NCBI GenBank assembly: GCA_012026655.1
Contig: JAAILG010001454.1
Location: 1 to 64,000 of the forward strand
Length of the DNA: 64,000 bases
From: Hydrolagus affinis
Lineage: Eukaryota
Reading direction: 5' to 3'
Shown here: positions 25,678-37,818 of the stretch, one piece after another
How the letters are laid out: the number at the start of each line of letters is the position of its first letter
Numbering within the stretch: the stretch's first letter is position 1
Translations under genes and position numbers: made by a program
Notes under the pieces: model-generated
Database searches by the model: none
Told to the model about the DNA's origin: nothing
The model's input: only the letters and a program-made list of their open reading frames with translations

Positions 25678-26063
25678 TTATCTCCCTACAGAGTGCTTGA
25701 AACAATGGAAATAAATTCAACCCTGACAATACTGTGAGATGCTGCCCGCTTTGGCAGCACGGAGGAGCTGAACGCATTTATGAAAGGATTCAATAAAAAA
25801 AAGAATGTTCTTAGGCTGTTTCTACCTTTTGCTGAGCGAACGAGTCCGTCCATTTGTCTGTCCAAAATGAGGGGGCATACATAGTAGACATAAGCCAGGA
25901 GCAATTTGAAAAGGGAGTTTTTGAGGAGCTTCTTATGGAGAGGGAGATACAAATGAGGATTATTATTATGAGGAACTGAAGACTAAGAAGTTGTGGTTGA
26001 AGCAAAAAAAAAGAATGCGGTCAAGAGGAAACTTTGTGTAAACACACAAGGGTAAAGGGAATG

Positions 26064-26340
26064 ATAATAATACTAATAATCCTTGCATTTGATATAGCGC
26101 TTTTCATGTTTTCCAGGCATCTCAAAGCGCTTCACAGAATATACTGTAAAGGGAACTGACTGTGGGCGTGAAAGTGAGCGAAACGCGGCAGCCAATTGCG
26201 CAAACAGTGTCCCACAAACAGTCGTGGATTGAGTGACCAATTTATTATTGGGGGGTTTTCTGGTGGGATTATTACCAGGTATGTAGCGTAAGGAAACTTG
26301 CCGAAGGTTTTGGCCTGCCTGCAACTGAACACAGGTCTCA
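26064..26340 (-). mobile_element. Young SINE, 5'-truncated
   Basis: Tail, body and part of head match the family. Confidence 0.88.
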
Positions 26341-26452
26341 AGGGGGATGAGGGTTGGGGGCTCAAATAGAGTATAAAAAACATCATGGACTAGTTGGGTC
26401 AAGTTATTGCGCTCCTTACACAACAGGGTTCATTTACACAAATGACACCATA

Positions 26453-26712
26453 GTAACAACAGTAAGAAATGGCATTTACACAGCGCCTTTCATGTCAGGA
26501 GGATGTCCCAAGGGGCTGGACAGTCAAGGATTTGCAACCAAGCTGCGGGTTTGGTCAAGATTTAGTGTGGAGGGTGAGGGGGTGGTGGTGGGAAGATGAT
26601 CAAAAACACGGTTGAAGAGAAGGGTCTTTAGATGGGCCTAGAGGGAGGCAAGGGAGAGGGTGAAGCGGAGGGATTCCGGGATGGAGTTCCAGAGGGTGTG
26701 AGCAGAAAGGCT
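26453..26712 (-). mobile_element. Degenerate L2 LINE 3' end
   Basis: gcatttacacagcgcctttcatgtcaggaggatgtcccaagg tail plus purine-rich gagttccagag segment; similar to 43545-43795 and 23440-23630. Confidence 0.65.
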
Positions 26713-26767
26713 ATTGCTGTCGGCTTTGCCCCTATACTTTGATCACAGTGATTGCGAAAGCACTTAC

Positions 26768-26803
26768 CCGTCCCACTTGAAAGCTTGCCGGGGGTTGTAA
26801 GGG
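26768..26803 (-). CDS. CD99L2: CD99L2 putative 36-nt exon ((P)LTTPGKLSSGT)
   Basis: ttcttctctccacag acceptor, CGG|gtaagt donor, phase 1-1, open frame. Confidence 0.75.
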
Positions 26804-27255
26804 CTGTGGAGAGAAGAAATGTTCCATCCGTTACTGATGTGTCCCAGAAAAACAGATGTGAAAAACCCTACATTCCACTTAATCGATGCATCAGCCACCT
26901 CCGTTAGACAGTTGCAAAGTTGATGGCTGGGAGTGTTGACATAAGAAATTCGGTAAAGTGTCATTGTGGGTGTGTGAAACTCTCACATTGTGTTCACTTG
27001 AAGTGTGAAGGAAAACCCAATGGTAGGATTAGACAATTGTTGTTTCATCCCTCTTCATCCCCATTCATCCAATCAATCACAGTGTCAAACGTTACACAGC
27101 TCTGTCACACAATGCAACTGAATAAACTTCTGACAAAGAGCTCACTGAACGAGCTCACTGAACCTGCCCACTGGGAATGTAAGGACGTTACATTCATCCC
27201 TTTCCCGGTTCCGCCGCGTAAACGATCAAAATCAGTAAAATACATTTTCTGGAGA

Positions 27256-27393
27256 AATAATAAGCCTTGCATTTGATATAGCGCTTTTCACGTCTTTAAG
27301 CCGTTTTAAAGTGCTTCACAGAATATACTGTGAAGTGAATTGACTGCATATTTTGTGGGAGAGACGTGACAGCCAATATCTCACAAACAGTTG
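27256..27393 (-). mobile_element. Young SINE, 3' fragment
   Basis: Family tail in reverse. Confidence 0.82.
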
Positions 27394-28223
27394 TCGGTGG
27401 CAAAATGAAAATGTACACCTTAGCGCTCTAACTAGCATCTAGGTCAGACACATCTTTCATCTCCTCCTTCTGCCTCTTTCCCGTCAGTTTATTTTGCATT
27501 ACGCTTTACTTTGCGTCTTTCAGCCTTTGCTCTCTCTGCGTTCTGGCCTGTGTCGATTTTATGATGCAGGACAACAATAATTCCACTCATGGAAAGGTTC
27601 TCAACACACAGGGCGATGGGAGAGAAAGCTTCGGAGATAATTCAAAGAAAATCACAGATGTAATGACAAATGCTTATTGGCACTTTCTCTATGCATATTA
27701 AGCACTGAATATTCTCCTAATGACTGCTGCTGTTGCTCTGATTGGAGTCTTAACAGGATTTAATGATGAATATTTTTCAGATGGTTGCACCCAGAGTAAA
27801 TGGAAATATGATTCTAATTAGAGGTTTAACAGGAAGCCGAGACAGAGGAAGTATAAGGGAATGTGGAAGCTGCAAGTTTCTTTTAATTGTTTCAGCAATC
27901 TACCAGAGGCAGCCTTGAGACAGTTTTGCTAGTTTCAGTCTCTTGAGAAAGCATGTAGATGAGTGTTCTGCATGACTTCATTGTTCATGCGGTTTGAGTG
28001 AGCAGATACAGACAAGTAGAGAACATGGCAGGTAAAAGTGTTTGTTCTGATCAGTCTCTGATGGGTGTGTAACAAGTGGCCCTTTCTGTTGTTTCTTCGG
28101 CATCGGAAGGAATTAATGTGGAAAGAGTTGTATTTATTTTGGTGGACTTGTGAAGAATAAATCCTGAGACATACTGGAGTGATTGATTTGTGTTGTCTTA
28201 CTAGGTAAATCTGGAGAGAATAG

Positions 28224-28290
28224 AACAACAACAACAACAAATTACATTTATAGAACGCCTTTCACGTCGGGAGGACGTCCCAAGGCGCTG
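28224..28290 (-). mobile_element. L2 tail with (AAC)n, followed by (GA)n
   Basis: Reverse complement of the tail at 55-120. Confidence 0.8.
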
Positions 28291-28684
28291 AAAGAGAGAA
28301 GAGAGAGAGAGAGAGACAGAGGGAGAAAGAGCACATGCACAAGAGAGACAATTTTAACTTTTGCATCAGACATCAAGCTTTTCCCAATAGCATGTGAGTA
28401 TGTGACCCACCATTGGGCATATGTCCATTCAGTAGCACATATTGACAACTGCTAGCTGTGTTCTACTGATGTCCAGTGGCTGCATCTGGTGTGTGCGTTC
28501 TCTCTTCTCCTGTCTCTCCTTATTAAACACCAGGGACCCGTAATTCCACCTAGTCTCAAGCCGGTACCACCATTTTGTCCTAGAGTTTGGGTTTGGGCTG
28601 TAGAGTGGAAAAGTCGGCTCCCGTTTGGAAGCCGGGTTCGTTTTTTTTTGAACCCGCGCGAAAATAGGCTTCGAAATTCAAATA

Positions 28685-28896
28685 CAGTAAAAAGCCCATT
28701 TATCCGGCACCCGATCAACCGTAACTTCCGTATAACCGGCATCCCCCCAAAAAAGTCCGCATTCGATTAACCGGAATTTATCTGGAAAAATGCATTGAAA
28801 TGTTTTTTCTTTTTGCATTTTCGGCCGAATATCCGGCAGGCACTTTAACCGGCATTGGCCAGATCCCGAGGGTGCCGGATAAACGGGCTTTTACTG
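28685..28896. mobile_element. MITE, Tc1/mariner-pogo/Tigger-like, copy 2
   Basis: TIRs cagtaaaaagcccatttatccggcaccc ... gggtgccggataaacgggcttttactg, TA flanks; colinear with 7033-7237. Confidence 0.9.
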
Positions 28897-30556
28897 TAGT
28901 TGTTTTTTTAAAAAAATAAAAAAAGGATTTTCCACAAGGCTGTGTGATTGCTGAGGATAAAACAGCCTCACAGCCTGAGACTAGGTAAAACTGTGTGCCT
29001 GTGATCCCTCGTGCTGGGAATGTGGTGGATGGATGGAGGCTGAGCAGGTTTGGGGAGTTACTACAGTTACTATCAGGTACGTCCTAGTTGACTGTTGCTG
29101 AGAAATAAGTGTAGCTCTTGTGTGTTTGGTTTCTGGCGCTCTGGGACTCCATCCTGCGTGGGGAGGGGGGGGGTGCTATATAATAACTGTAAGTTGTTGT
29201 TGGTGGTGGTGGCCTACAGAGAGGGCGAAGGATTTAAAGAAATAAAAGATCCTGTCGCTTAAGTGGCAGGTCCTCATTCCAATCCAATGAAAACATGTTC
29301 TCGAGCCAAGGGGGGAAATCCAGCTGCGGAAACTAGAGTAGATCCCACTGCCTGAGCAGCCTACCCAATCTGGAGGTGTGAATAAATGTTGTATATCTTA
29401 CACACACTGGATTTGTTTGCCTGTTCCTGTTAATTTGTTTTCCCTGAAACCCTAGTCTGCTGGCTCCCTTGAGCAAGCTTGGCTGCAGAGGAGCGGATCC
29501 CATTTTTGGCAGCTGTGTCTGTGACTCCCATTGACTCATCTCCAGTGGACTCTTTCTGCCTGGTTCTCGTAATGTTTTGCTGCCCTCTTTGGCTGAAAGG
29601 AACGCCGCGCGGTTAATCAGTAATGAAACGATCCTTGTGCTGTTTTCAGTTCTGTTGTCATTGTGTAACATGGTGCTGGCAAGCACTTTGACTTAATGGC
29701 ACTCTGTTTTTGTGTGTATGTGTGTAATAGGCACACATACACACAATGTATTTTTGTAAATAGGACTCTAGATGTTTGCTTTTTATAACTTGCGTTCCCG
29801 ACACGGATGCAAGGGAATATGACCAAAACTACTGTTCTAGCAGGGGAAGTGAGGAAAGTTTAAAGATTTTTAGTAACACAAGAAACGTTCAACCCATAAT
29901 TTGCTTCAATTTTCAATAACAGAGCAGAGAAAATTATTTATTGATACAAGCAATTTTGGCACTTAAGTGTTCAGATAAATACATATGCACGCCTCGCTTA
30001 GCCAATATATTACTGACTTGCATTTGTCAACAGGTTAGAGGAAAATGTGGAATCACAAAGAGTGATATCTTCTTGTTTGATGTTCTATACCAAACCGACA
30101 AACACCACCTTTTGTGCTCCGATTTCCAGTAATTATCTTTTATTGAGGTCAGTTACCATTGCTTATGTTGGAGGCCGACGTACTTTACTGGTTTTCATCT
30201 TATACACCAAAGCCTAGAGTCGTGTAGTTCAGTGGAATGGAGGCCTGAAGTTCCACCAAGTCTTAACTTGTAACCCATCTTGCCTTCAAGTGTAAGACTG
30301 TGCAGAATCACCAAAAATTCTCAAGTTCAGATTTAACTCAGGAGCATGAAGAACTGCAGAAAAACAGCGTCCGGATGAGAACCGACTTTAGGCGTTTGTC
30401 CGAATCCTTCATGATCATAAATTTTAAGAAGGACCAGTCAGCGGCCTAAGATCAGCTGGAGTCTTGCGACTGAAGGGTTTTAATACCTGCTTTAATAAGC
30501 TGGGTAAATCATGACACTGAGGATCGCCATCTTAAAAACCTTTTGTAAATTGACAT

Positions 30557-30683
30557 AACAACGACGACGACAACTTGTATTTATATAGCGCCCTCCACGC
30601 CGGGCGGCGTCTCAGAGCGCTTCACAATAGCGGATCCCGGGACCGAGCCAGGGGGCAAGGGTAGAAAGGTGACCAAAGGCGCG
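30557..30683 (-). mobile_element. L2 3' end, second subfamily
   Basis: acaacttgtatttatatagcgccctccacg...tctcagagcgcttcaca; similar to 51408-51475 and 61532-61935. Confidence 0.65.
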
Positions 30684-30911
30684 ACGTTGTTTATAACATC
30701 GATCATGTCTCAAAGCGCTTCGCAAAGTTATGGTGTAGTGATGTGGATGTGTAATGCCGTGCATTTTGAGATCAAAAGAACTTGAGGCGATTCTGTTTTA
30801 TGGGGTACAAATGGTAAAAGTGTTCAGACAGTAATTGTTGCTCCTGCAAGTGCAATGCTTCAGAAAAACAGCAACTCGCTACGAAACACGTGCAATGTGG
30901 AAAAAACTTAC

Positions 30912-30977
30912 GTCGCTTCGAGGTTACGTCGTTAAAGGCATCGGACAAGTCCAAATCGAAATCATTGTCACCTAGAA
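30912..30977 (-). CDS. CD99L2: CD99L2 second coding exon ((V)LGDNDFDLDLSDAFNDVTSKR)
   Basis: cccctcttag acceptor (alternative AG 6 nt downstream gives start 30971), GAC|gtaagt donor, DFDL.LSDA motif. Confidence 0.9.
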
Positions 30978-32605
30978 CTAAGAGGGGACAAAGATCAGTT
31001 GTCGGTGAGCAACATTCACACCCCATGACATGAAAACCACATTGGTAAATCAACCAAAAAGCCGCTGCAATTCTCTTCCACGTCTGGCAACTCTCTGATG
31101 ACAGCCGTGACTGGTTTCTTCCCAGTTAATTGGGGGTGGTGGGGGGGGGGGTGGGGGGGAGTTTTTCCAGCAATGCAGCCCTTCCAATCTCTGCCTGTAC
31201 CTCCTGATTGTAACCCAGCTTGCAACGATCGGATTCTTGCACATGCTGGGCAGCGCTCTTGAGGGCACTATATAAATCGAAGCTGTTGTTGTTGTTGTTT
31301 GTTTTACAGCCCGTGGTCTGCCACATTACAGTCTTGAATCAATATCAACATTTGCCCCCAAGTGATCTGCGCATTCTCACTCCCGAGTGCATTTGCCCGA
31401 CGGAATCTGCCTAACATGAAACTCTACTGAACGACATTAACCAGGCAATGTTCCGAGACCAAAAACTGCGCTCGTAATCAACGTTTTTTGTGCCATCTTT
31501 CAATCTATGTCATGAATTATAATTAAAGGAAAAGTTATGAAAAGGAATCGGCCGAATATTTGAAGACGCAGACAGGTCCGGAGAAAGGGCAAGGGGAGTG
31601 GGTAAATGGAGAACTTTATCAGAAATCTTTATAGAAATTTGTATTGATACCACACCTTCAGCAGTGGAAGGATAACCCAAAGTGTTTAATAATACTGGCT
31701 TTTTCGGGAAGTCAATGCAAGATCCTTCTCATTCTATGTTGAATTTGCTTTCCCTCACACACCCCTTTTTGCAACGAATCCTCTTGCCTTTATGTAACGA
31801 GGTTAACGTATTTCTCCGCTAAAATCTCACGGTGATCTCTGTTTAAACTTACGCTCGTGAGATATCCAGTTCGCAGATGCAAAGAGAGTTTGGGATGAAC
31901 GGCTTTATGTACAGACGTGCTGAGAATGTGGCACTCAGTACTAGGAGCTGCGGTTCAAGAGAAAGCTTGATGCGTTACAGCAACAAATTACATTTGTACA
32001 GCGCCTTTCACATCAGAGGAAGTCCCCAAGGCACTGGGGGGAAGGGAATAGTGTGGAGAAGAGATTAGGTGAATTGAGGCTCATTGGAGTATAAACACGG
32101 GCACCGACGTGTTTGGCTAAGTGGTCGGATTCTGCTCTCTAACGCACGACGTAACCCATTTCAGTCTGTTGTAAGCGCGCTTGCATCTTTCTGAATTGCC
32201 AGTAGGAGGTGTGCTGTGCTTGTGGAGCGGAAACGCTGGCAATCTCCAACATTTTAACTTCTTTTTTTGACGGGGATGAAAAGTACAAGGTGAAATATCC
32301 TCCTGTGAAGCCTGGTGGCATTTTTCTGTTGCTTGTAAAGTCAACTGCGAGAGGGGCTGTTACCAGTGGCTGCCCAGGCTGTTTCGTTGTTTATAAATTC
32401 TGCTCTCCATTGTAATATTTTGAGAAATGCATGTGATATCATGATGGCGAGTGAAATATAGCCTCCATTCCTCATCCCGCAGAATATTATTCATGGTTTA
32501 TGAAGATAGTGCTTGCTTGTGTTCCCAAGTAATACTTGCTACAAAGGTCCTTCTTCATCTGAATTTCTATTTTGGGATTTTGCATTTTAATAATAATCGG
32601 AATAC

Positions 32606-32770
32606 ATAATAATCCTTGCTGTTGATACAGTGTTTTTCACGTCTCCAAGCGCTTCACGGAATACACTGTAAAGTGAATTGACTGAATATACGTGGGCGAA
32701 ATACGGCAGCCAATTGTGCACAGCAGTGTCCCACAAACAGTTGTGGATTGCAATGACCAATTTATTATTG
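32606..32770 (-). mobile_element. Young SINE, 3' half
   Basis: Family body and tail in reverse. Confidence 0.85.
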
Positions 32771-32922
32771 TTTCATACGTCATAACTCCCCCCACCCTCC
32801 CCTCAATAATATAGCAGTATGCAGGATTTAATTTCTCTAATTAGGATTTAGTTTCTACTTTTATTATACTCTATTTAAGAATTTGATGTCATCAAAGTCT
32901 GAGAGAGCATTCCTCGTTTGCA

Positions 32923-32925
<3 letters not shown>

Positions 32926-32953
<28 letters not shown>
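32926..32953. repeat. (TG)n microsatellite
   Basis: About 14 perfect TG units. Confidence 0.95.
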
Positions 32954-32955
<2 letters not shown>

Positions 32956-33112
32956 AATTCCCTGTGTGTGGTGAACAGCATTTACTGGTAGCAAAAGCAT
33001 ACATTATCTTCAGTGCGAACTTAATATCTCAAAAATAATCGAATGGATGACAGTGTTTATGAATTGCTGCAAGCCCAAAATGCACAACTGTCCTGTTTTT
33101 AAAAACACAACG

Positions 33113-33308
33113 ATAATCCCTCCCAAAAAAAACCACAATGAGAAATTGGTCATTTCAATCCACGACTGTTTGTGGGACACTGCTGTGCTCAATTGGCTGC
33201 CGTGTTTCGCGCACAAATATACAGTCAATTCACTTTACAGTACATTCTGTGAAGCACTTTGAAACGTCTAGAAGATGTGAAAAACATTATATCAAATACA
33301 AGGATTAC
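33113..33308 (+). mobile_element. Young SINE, 3' two-thirds
   Basis: aaattggtcatttcaatccacgactgtttgtgggacactgctgtg... to aaggattac. Confidence 0.88.
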
Positions 33309-33401
33309 ATCACGTAGGACCATGTCATATTTTCTATGGGTTTTCTCTATGTTAATCAATTTCAGGACTTAAATAACCACACATTGTAGAGCTAAATCCG
33401 T

Positions 33402-33501
33402 NNNNNNNNNNNNNNNNNNNNNNNNNNNNNNNNNNNNNNNNNNNNNNNNNNNNNNNNNNNNNNNNNNNNNNNNNNNNNNNNNNNNNNNNNNNNNNNNNNN
33501 N
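33402..33501. other. Assembly gap (100 N)
   Basis: Run of exactly 100 N abutting a young LINE 3' end. Confidence 1.
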
Positions 33502-33672
33502 GAAGACTTTCCTCTTCGACCGTGCCTTTTGTTCCACCCCGAATTCTTCAACCTCCCCCGCCCAAACACTCCCCTCCCAGCTCGGGTCACACTCCCCCTG
33601 TGCAGCGCCTTGGGACGTCCTCCCGACGTGAAAGGCGCTCTATAAATGTAATTTGTTGTTGTTGTTGTTGTT
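33502..33672 (+). mobile_element. Young L2-type LINE 3' end emerging from the gap
   Basis: aagactttcctcttcgaccgtgcctt (KTFLFDRA-like L2 ORF2 end) followed by a 3' UTR nearly identical to 1-120 and (TTG)n. Confidence 0.82.
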
Positions 33673-34743
33673 ATCTTTAAATGATCAGGACTCGTATGTA
33701 GACAGACTTTTTTTTTGCCCATAGCACTAGTTAACATAAAGGAGTACTGTGTGTGCATCACCTTTATTTTCACACGTGCTGCAATTCTTGTGTTGCAAAT
33801 TTCCATTGTAAAAACAGGGCACCGAGCCAAGTTAGTGAACTCCAAATCCTACAACAAGTTCGGACTCTGATCTCATACCTGGCAGGCAACCAAGTTTTGT
33901 TGGTTGCCCTTGCATCTTATGAAATAACCCTAATTAAAAGCAGCCTTAATTTATACATGACCTAATTCCTTGCATTTGCCCTAACCTATGAATTTACTTC
34001 ATGGATCATTATCTGCTGGGCCATTAAATAGAGGGCCCCCCCGCTCCTGCCCTTTGTTCAAAAAATGTGGAATGATTATGTCTCTGTGGGTCTGTGCTGA
34101 ATTGAATGGAATTTCAAGGGGAAAACAGGGGGGGAAAAAAAGGTTAAACTGCATTTCTGGAGTGAACTGTACTCCATCCAGCCCCTCCGGCGAGAACAAG
34201 CAGAATTTTACAAAAATCCGTGCAATAAATTTTGCGGAGTTGCAGACTAAAATTGCATTTGAAGGACGAAAACCTTGTCGTATTTCATAGTAAGATTTGG
34301 AGTTTAACATATCTGGCTGGCCCTTCTAGTCACAAACTTGTTGCTGAGAAAATGGAGCTTTCCATGGCATGTCAATTGAACCACAGAGGAAGGCTGCTTA
34401 CTGACCTTGTTGGAACAAGGAATATCAAAGCCAGATACCATAATAACTTGTCTCTCTGCTGGGAGATGGATACCATTATGTACTGCTGAATTTGCAAATG
34501 AAACGTTAACATTGGCAAGTCAGGATTTTCTGGGTTTGATAAATGGGTATAAATTTGTTTTAAAAAAATTAAATATCTAGAAGTCTGGGCTGTGTCAGAC
34601 ATTGGTATGGGTGGTATGTTCCTTAGAGAAGCGTGCTGTCTAGCCATGAGATTATCACATCATTACCAAAGTCAATTTAACACCAAATTTAAGGTGAAGG
34701 CAGTCTATTCCTGTCTATTCAGTGCGGTTGTTCTTTTTCTAAA

Positions 34744-34850
34744 AATAATCCTTCCATTTTGATATTGTGCTTTTCACGTCTTCTAGACGTCTTAAAGCGC
34801 TTCACAGAATATACTGAAAAGTGAATTGACTATATATTTGTGGGAGAAAT
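34744..34850 (-). mobile_element. Young SINE, 3' fragment
   Basis: Family tail in reverse. Confidence 0.82.
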
Positions 34851-36762
34851 AACTGTTAGCATCTGAATAAACAGCCTGGCACTGGGTATGAACACATTGT
34901 AGATAACATTCTAACTGATATTGCCAAGTCTTCAATTCAGCGATCACAGACCCTACTCACTTGAAGGGAATTTATATAAATGCAAACATTTGTTGTTGTT
35001 AAATGGGGGGGGGGGACATTTGGATTTTTTTCATCTGTTCAACTGTATTCCAAGTGTAATTTTGTTGTTGTTGTTTGGTGTATCGGCCCCAGTCTTTAGA
35101 ACTGAAATTGGGCGTGGTCACATAGGCATTAAACGCAGCCTCGAGTTTCCCTTTACGCCATCTCCAAAAGTAGTTATTGATCGAATGAAACAGCTGGATC
35201 AACCCATCAATTTGAATTCCAGTTGCAGCTCGAGCCACAACTCCAGGTTCCGGAGCACATCACTCAATCATGCTGATGATTAATGTTCCCATTGATGTCT
35301 TGTATTGTATACTAACTAGCTCAGCAAGAAATCCAATTTACTGCCCATTATTTTATCATTTCAATAAACTCCGGGCCTTCTCCCTTCCCTCCTTCCTTCC
35401 TTCCCCCACCCACCCACCATATACAATCTTGTCATTAGAATTATTCTTTCTTTGCCCAGCTTCCATCACTCTCCACACACCGCCCACTCCACACCAGACC
35501 AACAAAACCTTGTGACACAACCATCAAATGGTCTGATTTATAATTCATGACCTCTGTTAATCCACCAGAATTGGTCCTTGGGTTAGTGCTTCAAATCAGC
35601 GCTGTAATTGAAACCCATTCCCCTGTGGGCTCAAGTTTCTAAAAGGGTCTGAGAGCCTGTTGCTGCAGCGACAAACAGACTGCGAGTCTGCACCTAACTA
35701 CGGCGAGCGACAAGAGAATAAATCACGGAAAGTAACAAGTAACCGCAGGCCTTCGTTTATCCTAGGAATGAGAGTTCTCCCCTGTTGGGTGTTTTGTTGA
35801 TGTAACTCCGCAACAGCAAGCAAAGTGGGACCTTCATACATTAGTTGGATTTCCGACCAGTGACCTAGAAGAAAGGCCAGCTGGACTCTGGCATCAATCT
35901 TCGAACCTTCAGCGAGTGAAGACCTTCAGGAAATATGAAGCGTTTGCACTCTGTGTCGCAATGACGCTTCCTTGAAAAGTTAACAGGAACTTTCTGCTGG
36001 ATTCTGCTCCTAACATTCCCGTAAAAACCTTCACCTGAGAAGTGGAGGGAATGATTCCGAATATCAACTTTACGTTGACACGTAATCCTTAAATATAAAC
36101 GACACTACCGGTTGAAAACACATCGCTTGGAGGTTTTCACTAAGCTGTTGGGAAGAGACAGAGAGAAGGTAAGATGGTTATTGCCCTTCAGTTTCTGCGT
36201 TCTGTACAGTTTAGGGGCTGAAGGATTTTTAAAGTGCAATATCCCCCAAAAAGAAGTGAAAAAGTAAGAATGAGACACTTATTTTATCTTAAATAAGCCT
36301 TAAAATAAGTATTAAAATTTTGATCTAAATTGGCAATGACTGTATTTATAAACTGGGGGTTTTAAGTCTTGGGAACATCAAGATACTGAGCATCTCACCA
36401 ATGATGATTCATCTCCATGAGAGTTTCCTTCACTCTTAATTTGTACCATATCCTCACTGGAGACTTCGTGTTTCTCCTCTATAACTTGAGAACCAGGAAC
36501 TTGGCTGTTGCTAATGAAATATTCTATTAAAATGGTCAATTCAGCAAAGCTTCAGCAAAACATGGTAGCTTTGCGTTCCACTGTTGACTGACTGGTCTTT
36601 CGCTTGAGAGTGAGTTGTATTTATTTTGGATATGAGAAATATCAACCAGAGCGCAGTAAAATACTCAGCTGCATCAACTGAATAAAAATAAGCATGCTTG
36701 TATTTCTCTGTATCTCACCTTAATCAACTGGATTTACTCACAAACCTGTCTTGATCTGAATC

Positions 36763-36996
36763 GTTTCCTTACTCCACACGCCTAATAATAATCCCTCCCA
36801 AAAAAAACACAATAATTACATTGGTCATTTCAATCCACGACCGTTTGAGCGACACTGCTGTGCACGATTGGCTGCTGCGTTTCGCCCACAAAAATATAAT
36901 TCACTTTACAGTATATTCTGTGAAGCACTTTGCGACGTCGATAAGATGTGAAAAGTGCTACAGTATATCAAATGCAAGGATTATTATTATTATTAT
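36763..36996 (+). mobile_element. Young SINE lacking the tRNA head
   Basis: gtttccttactccacacgcctaataataatccc ... aaatgcaaggattattatt. Confidence 0.88.
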
Positions 36997-37540
36997 CACA
37001 ACCCTGAAACTATTGCCCCTAGCATATCTGAAAATCATCGTTTGAGCATTATTTTCTCTATTCCGTTTAGCTTTATATACGAGGTCTCCTCTGAGATACG
37101 CTTCATGGCTGAAAAGCTCTAGCTAATTGAGTTGTTTCTAACTGCTCATCAATCTAATACTGGGGATCAGCCCCATTGCTCTCTTCTGTACTGCCTTGAG
37201 GGCATAAGCAACCTCTTATGCCCTGAACACTGCATAAAACACATAGAGTAAATCCGAAGTTAGTCCACAAGTGTGAGATTTCCATTGTGCTGTTTCACGA
37301 ACAATTGCCAGGCACGATGAGAATATAATGAAATATCACATTACGGTGACAAATCAATATCACATGGCTGCTTTAAGGAATACTCAATGGAAACATAGCC
37401 TCTTTCTCTCATACCTTAGATACTGCTTAAAAATCTTGCTGAAATCTGCCACCGGTGGACCCAATGTCCACCCTAGACTGATGCCAATTCAGATCTATTG
37501 TATTCCACTAAAGGCGCTTCCAAGATCACAGCGCAGACTT

Positions 37541-37818
37541 AATAATAATACTTGCATTTGATATAATGATAGGTGCATTTGATATAATAATAATATTTGC
37601 ATTTGATACAATAGTAATAACCTTGCATTTGATATAGCGCTTTTCACATCTTCTAGACGTCTCAAAGTAGTTCACTGAATATACTGAACGGTGAATTGAC
37701 TGAATATTTGTGGGCGGTAGCCAATTGTTCACGGCGGTGTCCCACAAACAGTCGGGAGATTGAAATGACCAATTTATTTGTCGAGGAATTATTATCAGGC
37801 GTGTGGCGCAAGGAACCT
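37541..37818 (-). mobile_element. Young SINE with tandemly reiterated 3' tail
   Basis: Four successive tgcatttgata units precede the family body. Confidence 0.85.

Noticed and set aside
1615-27163. Short tandem duplications (tcaggcatcataaat x2 near 1615; tttgaataatgaat x2 near 8885; tgttatgtgact x2 near 10090; ctaatggtttaattgt x2 near 23275; gagctcactgaac x2 near 27138)
   Set aside because: Ordinary two-copy slippage duplications of 12-16 bp with no shared sequence or higher-order pattern.
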